Shown here: positions 1-6,565 of the stretch, one piece after another
Position numbering within the stretch: position 1 is the first letter of the stretch
Layout of the letters: each line of letters starts with the position of its first letter
IMG/VR virus record: IMGVR_UViG_2531839195_000014
Length of the DNA stretch: 7,330 nt
DNA from: a virus
Lineage: Duplodnaviria; Heunggongvirae; Uroviricota; Caudoviricetes
Reading direction: 5' to 3' (one strand)
Position numbers and translations under genes: made by a program
The notes under the pieces: model-generated
What the model saw: the letters and a program-made list of their open reading frames with translations, nothing else
What the model was told of the DNA's origin: nothing
The model's database searches: none

Positions 1-190
1 CGGCGGCCACAGCAGTAAGACTTCCTTCCTGGTATTGCTTACGCCAGAGAAATAACTGGCTGGCTGCTACACCATGTTGCCGGGCAACGAGGGAGACCGT
101 CATCCCCGGTTCAAAGCTCTGCTGAACAATTGCGATCTTTTCCTGTGTGGTACGCCGTCTGCGTTTCTCCGGCCCTAAGACATCAATCAT
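1..190 (-). CDS. insC: IS2 OrfA (InsC) N-terminal 63 codons, partial (C-terminus outside window)
   Basis: Minus-strand translation from ATG (rc of 188-190) gives [63 protein letters not shown], matching the IS2 InsC N-terminus as I remember it. Frame is open to the window edge. Confidence 0.8.
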
Positions 191-281
191 CTGTTCTCCA
201 ATGACTAGTCTAAAAACTAGTATTAAGACTATCACTTAAATAAGTGATACTGGTTGTCTGGAGATTCAGGGGGCCAGTCTA
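1..281 (-). mobile_element. IS2 (IS3 family) left-end fragment; element continues beyond the window start
   Basis: Reverse complement of 251-281 reads TAGACTGGCCCCCTGAATCTCCAGACAACC, which I recognise as the IS2 terminal inverted repeat; the IS2 orfA start lies about 90 bp inside. The outer boundary at 281/282 is set by the terminal TAGACT. Confidence 0.85.
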
Positions 282-737
282 CTCAGCATTATATAGTTCT
301 ACTCTGGCGAGATACGTTGGCATATTCATTTCCTTACTGGTTGTGTGAGAACTTCAGTAAAGATACCACCAAAGCCCGGAAGTGGTGAAATAAAACCGGG
401 CACAACACGAAGGCGCATTTCCGGTATCCATAAAGAGTCGGTCTTGTCTGTGAAATTTAAATGGTGGGAGTGCGCTTCCGGTTGTAAATAACGACATTGC
501 TGTGTGAAGTACCAGTTGGCGGCATCGGTTTAATTGCTGGCTGATGTCCGCCCTTTTTAAAGTGAATTTTGTGATGCGGTGAATGCGGCTATGCGCACGC
601 GGCACAGTTAAAAGTCATGTTAGTCCTTATTGGTTTGGGTGGGAAAGCCAACTGTAATTGTTAACTGGTTAACGTCACCTGGAGGCACCAGGCACCGCAT
701 CAACAAAGTTCACTTCGGTGATGAAAGGAAAGAGAAA

Positions 738-938
738 ATGTTGAATGTAGCTATTGAAAACCAGAACGGGTGGAATTATAGTGCACCTGCACCTCATAAA
801 ACGGGTGCCGGGATTGCTACCCCGACGATGACTACTGCGCATAACCGCGCTCAGGCGGTTTTTTATGCGTCAAGCACAGCCACATTCAGATTATGGTGGG
901 GCGTGCAGGGCAGCCGCAAGGCTGGCCGGTTTCGGTAG
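738..938 (+). CDS. small hypothetical ORF (66 aa), coding status uncertain
   Basis: ATG at 738 preceded by AAGGAAAG; same frame as the listed 630-938 ORF, which uses a TTG start. No recognisable motif. Its 3' end overlaps, in another frame, an open stretch leading into the Rha gene. Confidence 0.25.
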   Translation: MLNVAIENQNGWNYSAPAPHKTGAGIATPTMTTAHNRAQAVFYASSTATFRLWWGVQGSRKAGRFR

Positions 939-1030
939 TCACCGGTTGTAGCAACCCTGTGCGTCTCACCACCCATGAGATTGCTACCTCTGGTGGTGAG
1001 TCATTTAAACTGACTATCGAGGCTGCCATC

Positions 1031-1585
1031 ATGGCTACTATCCTTACCCTTTCTCACCCTGACGCAACCATCGAAAATGGTCGCGCTGTCACTACGTCTG
1101 TTGCGGTTGCGGAGTTCTTCCGGAAAATGCACAAAAACGTTATTCAGAAGATCGAAACTCTCGAATGCTCGCCGGAGTTTAACCGGCTTAATTTTAAGCC
1201 CGTCACCTATACCGACGCCAAAGGCGAAAAACGCCCAATGTACCAAATCACCAAAAACGGCTTCGTTTTCCTGGTGATGGGCTTCACTGGCAAAAAAGCC
1301 GCCGCATTCAAGGAAGCCTACATTGCTGAGTTCGACCGCATGGAGGCCGAACTGCGCCAGAATAACACCCCACCTGCAGACAAGATGATTCCGGGTGATG
1401 GTCGCACTCTGGTTGTTCACTTCGACAAATTCGGCAATGTCGAATTCACCGAAACCGTTCCTGATGGCGCACTGGTCTGTACCCTGGAGACTTTCCGGTT
1501 TTATCTGGAAAAACAGGGATGGACTCTTGTTAACCGGGGCGCAATTAAAAATATGACTGTGGAACAATTACTTTCTTTAAAATAA
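1031..1585 (+). CDS. Rha-family phage regulatory protein (antirepressor-like), 184 aa from ATG 1031
   Basis: Protein MATILTLSHPDATIENGRAVTTSVAVAEFFRKMHKNVIQKIETLECSPEFNRLNFKPVTYTDAKGEKRPMYQITKNGFVFLVMGFTGKKAAAFKEAYIAEFDRMEAELRQ has the hallmark Rha-domain pattern (TTS..VAE.F.K.H.NV, LNF, PMY..TK.GF..LVMG.TGKKA..FK.AYI..F..ME) recalled from memory. GAGG lies 9 nt upstream of ATG 1031. The frame is also open from ATG 893, which has no RBS, so the start is uncertain. Confidence 0.75.
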   Translation: MATILTLSHPDATIENGRAVTTSVAVAEFFRKMHKNVIQKIETLECSPEFNRLNFKPVTYTDAKGEKRPMYQITKNGFVFLVMGFTGKKAAAFKEAYIAEFDRMEAELRQNNTPPADKMIPGDGRTLVVHFDKFGNVEFTETVPDGALVCTLETFRFYLEKQGWTLVNRGAIKNMTVEQLLSLK

Positions 1586-1956
1586 AAATGGAGCTACGGA
1601 TATGAACCCTATGCTTGATTATTGTTTTACCTCTGCACCTCAGCAGACCATAACACACACCGGAATCAAAAATTTGTTATGGATAATCAAAAAAACCTCC
1701 AGTAGAAAGGTGATCCCGATTTAATTCCCTGTGCTTATGGCCTGTGTGACAGACAAGTAAGCCCTGATAAGGCTTACACTGCTGAACTTATTTACATGCA
1801 CGGAACCATGATGAGGAAAAAGAAACGCAAATATTGTAGTGAAATCTGCGCCGAAAAAGACCAGATGGCACACGAACTTTAATTAACTGACTATTCGAAA
1901 CTGAATTTATGCCAGCAATGGCAGGGATTCGCTCAACCTTAATTAAGGAGAAAAAC

Positions 1957-2033
1957 ATGAACACCAATTATGAAGCCACTGTTGCAACTACTGATAACAT
2001 TGTTCACGAGGTTTACCTGGAAGGAAAGCATAT
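1957..2033 (+). pseudogene. 5' fragment (first 25 codons) of an 81-codon gene of unknown function, interrupted by IS600-like copy 1
   Basis: Strong RBS AAGGAG (1945-1950), 6-nt spacer, ATG 1957; reads MNTNYEATVATTDNIVHEVYLEGKH and then runs into the IS terminus at 2034. The in-frame continuation is found on the minus strand at 4194-4023. Confidence 0.6.
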
Positions 2034-2097
2034 TGAGGTAGCCTGAGTTTAACGGACACTCCTTCCTGAAATAGAATGGCATCAGAAGGAGCTAATA

Positions 2098-2385
2098 ATG
2101 AGCAGAAAAACCCAACGTTACTCTAAAGAGTTCAAAGCCGAAGCTGTCAGAACGGTTCTTGAAAATCAACTTTCGATCAGTGAAGGCGCTTCCCGATTAT
2201 CCCTTCCTGAAGGCACTTTAGGACAATGGGTTACCGCCGCCAGAAAAGGGCTCGGTACTCCTGGTTCCCGCACGCTGGCTGAACTGGAATCTGAAATTCT
2301 GCAACTGCGTAAGGCGTTAAATGAAGCTCGCCTTGAGCGCGATATATTAAAAAAGCAACAGCGTATTTTGCACAGGAGTCGCTGA
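2098..2385 (+). CDS. IS600-like OrfA (helix-turn-helix transposase subunit), 95 aa
   Basis: Product MSRKTQRYSKEFKAEAVRTVLENQLSISEGASRLSLPEGTLGQWVTAARKG... then a leucine-zipper-like ILQLRKALNEARLERDILKK; RBS GGAG upstream. I recognise this as IS600 ORF1-like. Confidence 0.85.
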   Translation: MSRKTQRYSKEFKAEAVRTVLENQLSISEGASRLSLPEGTLGQWVTAARKGLGTPGSRTLAELESEILQLRKALNEARLERDILKKQQRILHRSR

Positions 2386-2434
2386 AAAATACGCGTTAAT
2401 CGAACAATGGCGACAACAATTTCCCATTGAAGCG

Positions 2435-3226
2435 ATGTGTCAGGTATTTGGTGTATCCAGGAGCGGTTATTACAACTGGGTACAGCATGAACCCTCAGAC
2501 AGAAAACAAAGTGATGAGCGGCTAAAACTGGAGATTAAGGTGGCACATATCCGCACTCGCGAAACATATGGAACCCGGCGGCTCCAGACGGAGCTGGCAG
2601 AGAATGGCATCATCGTTGGTCGTGACCGACTGGCACGTCTTCGTAAGGAGCTGAGGCTACGCTGTAAGCAGAAACGCAAGTTCAGAGCGACTACGAACCC
2701 GAACCACAATCTGCCAGTTGCGCCAAATCTGCTGAACCAGACGTTCGCTCCTACAGCACCAAATCAGGTCTGGGTGGCGGACCTGACGTATGTTGCTGGC
2801 ATCAAAGATGTTTATACGTGCGAAATTGTCGGCTACGCCATGGGAGAGCGCATGACAAAAGAGCTGACAGGTAAAGCCCTGTTTATGGCGCTCAGGAGCC
2901 AGCGCCCACCTGCCGGGCTAATCCACCACTCTGATCGAGGTTCACAGTACTGCGCATACGATTACCGGGTCATACAGGAGCAGTCTGGTCTGAAAACATC
3001 AATGTCGCGTAAAGGTAACTGTTACGACAACGCTCCGATGGAAAGCTTCTGGGGAACGCTGAAAAATGAGAGCCTGAGCCACTATCGTTTTAATAACCGG
3101 GATGAAGCCATCTCAGTAATACGGGAATACATTGAGATTTTCTACAATCGTCAGCGTCGTCACTCTCGTCTGGGGAATATCTCCCCGGCAGCCTTCAGGG
3201 AAAAATATCATCAGATAGCTGCTTAA
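2435..3226 (+). CDS. IS600-like OrfB (DDE transposase catalytic domain), carrying a 27-bp in-frame deletion
   Basis: ATG-initiated ORF; the frame is open from 2351 and is +1 relative to orfA. Contains WVADLTYV...HHSDRGSQY...NAPMESFWGTLKNE, typical of IS3-family DDE/RNase H fold transposases. Lacks the 9 codons TQEGWLYLA that are present in copies 2 and 3. Confidence 0.8.
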   Translation: MCQVFGVSRSGYYNWVQHEPSDRKQSDERLKLEIKVAHIRTRETYGTRRLQTELAENGIIVGRDRLARLRKELRLRCKQKRKFRATTNPNHNLPVAPNLLNQTFAPTAPNQVWVADLTYVAGIKDVYTCEIVGYAMGERMTKELTGKALFMALRSQRPPAGLIHHSDRGSQYCAYDYRVIQEQSGLKTSMSRKGNCYDNAPMESFWGTLKNESLSHYRFNNRDEAISVIREYIEIFYNRQRRHSRLGNISPAAFREKYHQIAA

Positions 3227-3250
3227 AAAAAGAACAAATGGTAGTGTCCG

Positions 3251-3895
3251 CTATTGCCAGTACACCTCAGCCTTAATTGCATCAGTCAGGCGGAGCAGGG
3301 CGGCATTATCCAGAGTTGTCGGTTCTGCCATGCCGCGTATGGCCAACAGCAGATTCTGGACATAGCTGTTTTCCTGATCCATCTCAAGAGCAGTAATGTG
3401 TTTGCGTTGTTCACGGGTGGCATGATGCAGGTATTTCAGATCCCCGGCAGCATACGTAAAAATGTGCAGAAGACGCTGTGTGAACCGCAAAGTGGCTACA
3501 GAGACTTCGCAATCCTGGCAATCCTCGTGGGCGTCTGCCTGCGCGTTTTCTTCCTGGCCTCCCGCCAGTTCTTTGGTTTCTTGAGCATTATCCTGGTGGT
3601 GAACGTCGTCTGGCGCTGCTCCCGGTTTTAGTTCCCATGTCATGGAGTCTTTGCTGAGTTGATAGCGTTCACTCCAGGTAAAATCGATCTCACCTTCAGG
3701 GGGAAGGTCATTAACGACAGGAAAATTTGTGGCAACAGCTTTAAAATAGTTGCTCAGTTTTTTACCTGACTTAACGAGCAGATAGTCCAGAGTGGTGCTG
3801 GTCGATTCAAAATCGTCGCTTGCCCACAGGACGACGTCAGGTTCACCGGATGATTTTTTCGCTTTCCGTAACAGGAAGAGTGGTTTTGTGCTCAT
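3251..3895 (-). CDS. hypothetical protein, about 208 native codons, 3'-truncated and fused to 5 IS-derived codons plus stop
   Basis: Long minus-strand ORF; ATG at rc 3893-3895 with GAGG 9 nt upstream (the listed ORF starts at TTG 3910). The protein has an N-terminal region, an acidic D/E/Q-rich linker ([32 protein letters not shown]) and a C-terminal region. The frame runs through the IS copy 1 junction at 3269/3270, so the last codons (EVYWQ, stop at 3251-3253) are IS sequence. I do not recognise a family. Confidence 0.5.
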   Translation of the reverse strand: MSTKPLFLLRKAKKSSGEPDVVLWASDDFESTSTTLDYLLVKSGKKLSNYFKAVATNFPVVNDLPPEGEIDFTWSERYQLSKDSMTWELKPGAAPDDVHHQDNAQETKELAGGQEENAQADAHEDCQDCEVSVATLRFTQRLLHIFTYAAGDLKYLHHATREQRKHITALEMDQENSYVQNLLLAIRGMAEPTTLDNAALLRLTDAIKAEVYWQ

Positions 3896-3964
3896 TGTTT
3901 TTAACCTCAACTCAGATTAAAATTACTGCGAGTGATGAATAAATGTCCCAGGTTCTTCACTCAG

Positions 3965-3995
3965 GCCTGCACACTGTGCAGGCTTTCTTTTTTTC
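3965..3995 (+). terminator. Rho-independent terminator-like hairpin (plus strand)
   Basis: GCCTGCAC (3965-3972), loop ACT, GTGCAGGC (3976-3983), followed by TTTCTTTTTTTC (3984-3995). On the minus strand the stem is followed by no U-tract, so it is directional. Confidence 0.5.
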
Positions 3996-4022
3996 AGATT
4001 TCACCTTTTAATTTCATTGCAA

Positions 4023-4194
4023 TCAGATTTGCCAGAAATTCGGCTTTTTTTCTGCGGGCAGATTATTTCCGATGTAAACTAGGCACATTTTTGTGGCACC
4101 TTCAACAAGAGTTTTAAAGTTTCCTGATAGACCGTCGATATCAACTACAGTGAATGGGGTTTCTTTATTTTCTGTTTTAATTACGTAGCCAATA
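4023..4194 (-). pseudogene. 3' fragment (last 56 codons plus stop) of the 81-codon gene begun at 1957-2033
   Basis: Minus-strand frame reads (H)IGYVIKTENKETPFTVVDIDGLSGNFKTLVEGATKMCLVYIGNNLPAEKKPNFWQI then stop. Joining 1957-2033 to rc(4194-4023) restores an uninterrupted frame (…AAG CAT ATT GGC TAC…) with a shared TAT triplet at both junctions. The listed ORF 4023-4226 owes its first 11 codons to the IS terminus. Confidence 0.6.
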
Positions 4195-4237
4195 TGAGGT
4201 GTACTGGCAATAGCGGACACTACCATTTGTTCTTTTT

Positions 4238-5055
4238 TTAAGCAGCCATCTGATGATATTTTTCCCTGAAGGCTGCCGGGGAGATATTCCCCAGACGAGA
4301 GTGACGACGCTGACGATTGTAGAAAATCTCAATGTATTCCCGTATTACTGAGATGGCTTCATCCCGGTTATTAAAACGATAGTGGCTCAGGCTCTCATTT
4401 TTCAGCGTTCCCCAGAAGCTTTCCATCGGAGCGTTGTCGTAACAGTTACCTTTACGCGACATTGATGTTTTCAGACCAGACTGCTCCTGTATGACCCGGT
4501 AATCGTATGCGCAGTACTGTGAACCTCGATCAGAGTGGTGGATTAGCCCGGCAGGTGGGCGCTGGCTCCTGAGCGCCTTAAACAGGGCTTTACCTGTCAG
4601 CTCTTTTGTCATGCGCTCTCCCATGGCGTAGCCGACAATTTCGCACGTATAAACATCTTTGATGCCAGCGAGGTACAACCATCCCTCCTGTGTGGCAACA
4701 TACGTCAGGTCCGCCACCCAGACCTGATTTGGTGCTGTAGGAGCGAACGTCTGGTTCAGCAGATTTGGCGCAACTGGCAGATTGTGGTTCGGGTTCGTAG
4801 TCGCTCTGAACTTGCGTTTCTGCTTACAGCGTAGCCTCAGCTCCTTACGAAGACGTGCCAGTCGGTCACGACCAACGATGATGCCATTCTCTGCCAGCTC
4901 CGTCTGGAGCCGCCGGGTTCCATATGTTTCGCGAGTGCGGATATGTGCCACCTTAATCTCCAGTTTTAGCCGCTCATCACTTGTTTTCTGTCTGAGGGTT
5001 CATGCTGTACCCAGTTGTAATAACCGCTCCTGGATACACCAAATACCTGACACAT
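4238..5055 (-). pseudogene. IS600-like orfB, copy 2, frameshifted by a 1-bp deletion
   Basis: Copy 2 has TT at 4981-4982 where copies 1 and 3 have TTT (sense strand AAA to AA). Sense reading becomes ...RKQVMSG-stop shortly after the orfB start; the downstream catalytic region (4238-4951) is intact but out of frame. Confidence 0.8.
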
Positions 5056-5104
5056 CGCTTCAATGGGAAATTGTTGTCGCCATTGTTCGATTAACGCGTA
5101 TTTT

Positions 5105-5392
5105 TCAGCGACTCCTGTGCAAAATACGCTGTTGCTTTTTTAATATATCGCGCTCAAGGCGAGCTTCATTTAACGCCTTACGCAGTTGCAGAATTTCAGA
5201 TTCCAGTTCAGCCACCGTGCGGGAACCAGGAGTACCGAGCCCTTTTCTGGCGGCGGTAACCCATTGTCCTAAAGTGCCTTCAGGAAGGGATAATCGGGAA
5301 GCGCCTTCACTGATCGAAAGTTGATTTTCAAGAACCGTTCTGACAGCTTCGGCTTTGAACTCTTTAGAGTAACGTTGGGTTTTTCTGCTCAT
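5105..5392 (-). CDS. IS600-like OrfA, copy 2 (95 aa)
   Basis: Identical to copy 1 OrfA except L60V (…GSRTVAELE…). Confidence 0.85.
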   Translation of the reverse strand: MSRKTQRYSKEFKAEAVRTVLENQLSISEGASRLSLPEGTLGQWVTAARKGLGTPGSRTVAELESEILQLRKALNEARLERDILKKQQRILHRSR

Positions 5393-5456
5393 TATTAGCT
5401 CCTTCTGATGCCATTCTATTTCAGGAAGGAGTGTCCGTTAAACTCAGGCTACCTCA

Positions 5457-6228
5457 ATTCCCCAGACGAGAGTGACGACGCTGACGATTGTAGAAAATCT
5501 CAATGTATTCCCGTATTACTGAGATGGCTTCATCCCGGTTATTAAAACGATAGTGGCTCAGGCTCTCATTTTTCAGCGTTCCCCAGAAGCTTTCCATCGG
5601 AGCGTTGTCGTAACAGTTACCTTTACGCGACATTGATGTTTTCAGACCAGACTGCTCCTGTATGACCCGGTAATCGTATGCGCAGTACTGTGAACCTCGA
5701 TCAGAGTGGTGGATTAGCCCGGCAGGTGGGCGCTGGCTCCTGAGCGCCATAAACAGGGCTTTACCTGTCAGCTCTTTTGTCATGCGCTCTCCCATGGCGT
5801 AGCCGACAATTTCGCACGTATAAACATCTTTGATGCCAGCGAGGTACAACCATCCCTCCTGTGTGGCAACATACGTCAGGTCCGCCACCCAGACCTGATT
5901 TGGTGCTGTAGGAGCGAACGTCTGGTTCAGCAGATTTGGCGCAACTGGCAGATTGTGTGTTCGGGTTCGTAGTCGCTCTGAACTTGCGTTTCTGCTTACA
6001 GCGTAGCCTCAGCTCCTTACGAAGACGTGCCAGTCGGTCACGACCAACGATGATGCCATTCTCTGCCAGCTCCGTCTGGAGCCGCCGGGTTCCATATGTT
6101 TCGCGAGTGCGGATATGTGCCACCTTAATCTCCAGTTTTAACCGCTCATCACTTTGTTTTCTGTCTGAGGGTTCATGCTGTACCCAGTTGTAATAACCGC
6201 TCCTGGATACACCAAATACCTGACACAT
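5457..6228 (-). pseudogene. IS600-like orfB, copy 3, 1-bp insertion frameshift and 3' truncation
   Basis: Extra T at 5958 (GATTGTGTGTTCGGG versus GATTGTGGTTCGGG in copy 2) shifts the frame after ...RATTNPN. The 3' end is cut at 5457, and the listed ORF 5454-5888 terminates in copy 2 IRL sequence. Confidence 0.8.
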
Positions 6229-6277
6229 CGCTTCAATGGGAAATTGTTGTCGCCATTGTTCGATTAACGCGTATTTT

Positions 6278-6565
6278 TCAGCGACTCCTGTGCAAAATAC
6301 GCTGTTGCTTTTTTAATATATCGCGCTCAAGGCGAGCTTCATTTAACGCCTTACGCAGTTGCAGAATTTCAGATTCCAGTTCAGCCACCGTGCGGGAACC
6401 AGGAGTACCGAGCCCTTTTCTGGCGGCGGTAACCCATTGTCCTAAAGTGCCTTCAGGAAGGGATAATCGGGAAGCGCCTTCACTGATCGAAAGTTGATTT
6501 TCAAGAACCGTTCTGACAGCTTCGGCTTTGAACTCTTTAGAGTAACGTTGGGTTTTTCTGCTCAT
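6278..6565 (-). CDS. IS600-like OrfA, copy 3 (95 aa)
   Basis: Protein identical to copy 2 OrfA. Confidence 0.85.
   Translation of the reverse strand: MSRKTQRYSKEFKAEAVRTVLENQLSISEGASRLSLPEGTLGQWVTAARKGLGTPGSRTVAELESEILQLRKALNEARLERDILKKQQRILHRSR

Larger units (their letters stand above)
2034..3269 (+). mobile_element. IS3-family insertion sequence, IS600-like, copy 1 (1236 bp)
   Basis: Imperfect terminal inverted repeats TGAGGTAGCCTGAGTTTAACGGACAC (2034-) and rc TGAGGTGTACTGGCAATAGCGGACAC (-3269). orfA and orfB are in the IS3-family arrangement, with A AAA AAG at 2349-2355. Two further near-identical copies lie in the window. Flanking triplets differ (TAT at 2031-2033 versus GCC at 3270-3272). 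Confidence 0.9.
4195..5456 (-). mobile_element. IS600-like element, copy 2 (1262 bp, both termini present)
   Basis: The same terminal repeats as copy 1 in reverse orientation (IRR at 4195, IRL ending 5456). Near-identical to copy 1 apart from a few substitutions, a 27-bp segment that copy 1 lacks, and a 1-bp deletion. Confidence 0.9.

Noticed and set aside
525-569. GGCGG ... CCGCC stem followed by CTTTTT
   Set aside because: The 25-nt loop and short stem make it a poor intrinsic terminator, and no gene ends upstream.
354-605. 83-aa minus-strand ORF between IS2 and the Rha region
   Set aside because: GTG start, no RBS, no recognisable motif; the region looks non-coding or regulatory.
652-667. 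LexA-box-like CTG-N10-CTG upstream of the antirepressor region
   Set aside because: The second half-site is CTG rather than the CAG required by the SOS-box consensus, and the central TA-rich spacer is poorly matched.
1077-1277. 66-aa plus-strand ORF
   Set aside because: Alternative frame inside the Rha gene, Arg/Ser-rich and low complexity.
1001-1567. 188-aa minus-strand ORF
   Set aside because: Lies entirely antisense to the Rha-family gene, which has a recognisable domain and RBS; treated as a shadow ORF.
2470-2709. Antisense ORF inside IS copy 1, with identical counterparts at 4782-5324 and 5936-6193
   Set aside because: Mirror ORFs on the strand opposite orfB; they recur only because the IS sequence is repeated.
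3254-3631. 125-aa plus-strand ORF
   Set aside because: Starts inside the IS terminus and runs antisense to the longer 208-codon gene; hydrophobic and low complexity.
3932-4117. 61-aa plus-strand ORF
   Set aside because: Reads straight through the terminator hairpin and into the antisense of the split gene's 3' fragment.
4023-4226. 67-aa ORF as an intact gene
   Set aside because: Its first 11 codons are IS terminal-repeat sequence; reinterpreted as the 3' fragment of the split 81-codon gene.
2034-5456. Composite transposon (inverted IS copies flanking cargo)
   Set aside because: The flanks reconstruct a single interrupted gene with one shared 3-bp duplication, which indicates inversion between IS copies rather than a mobilised cargo unit.
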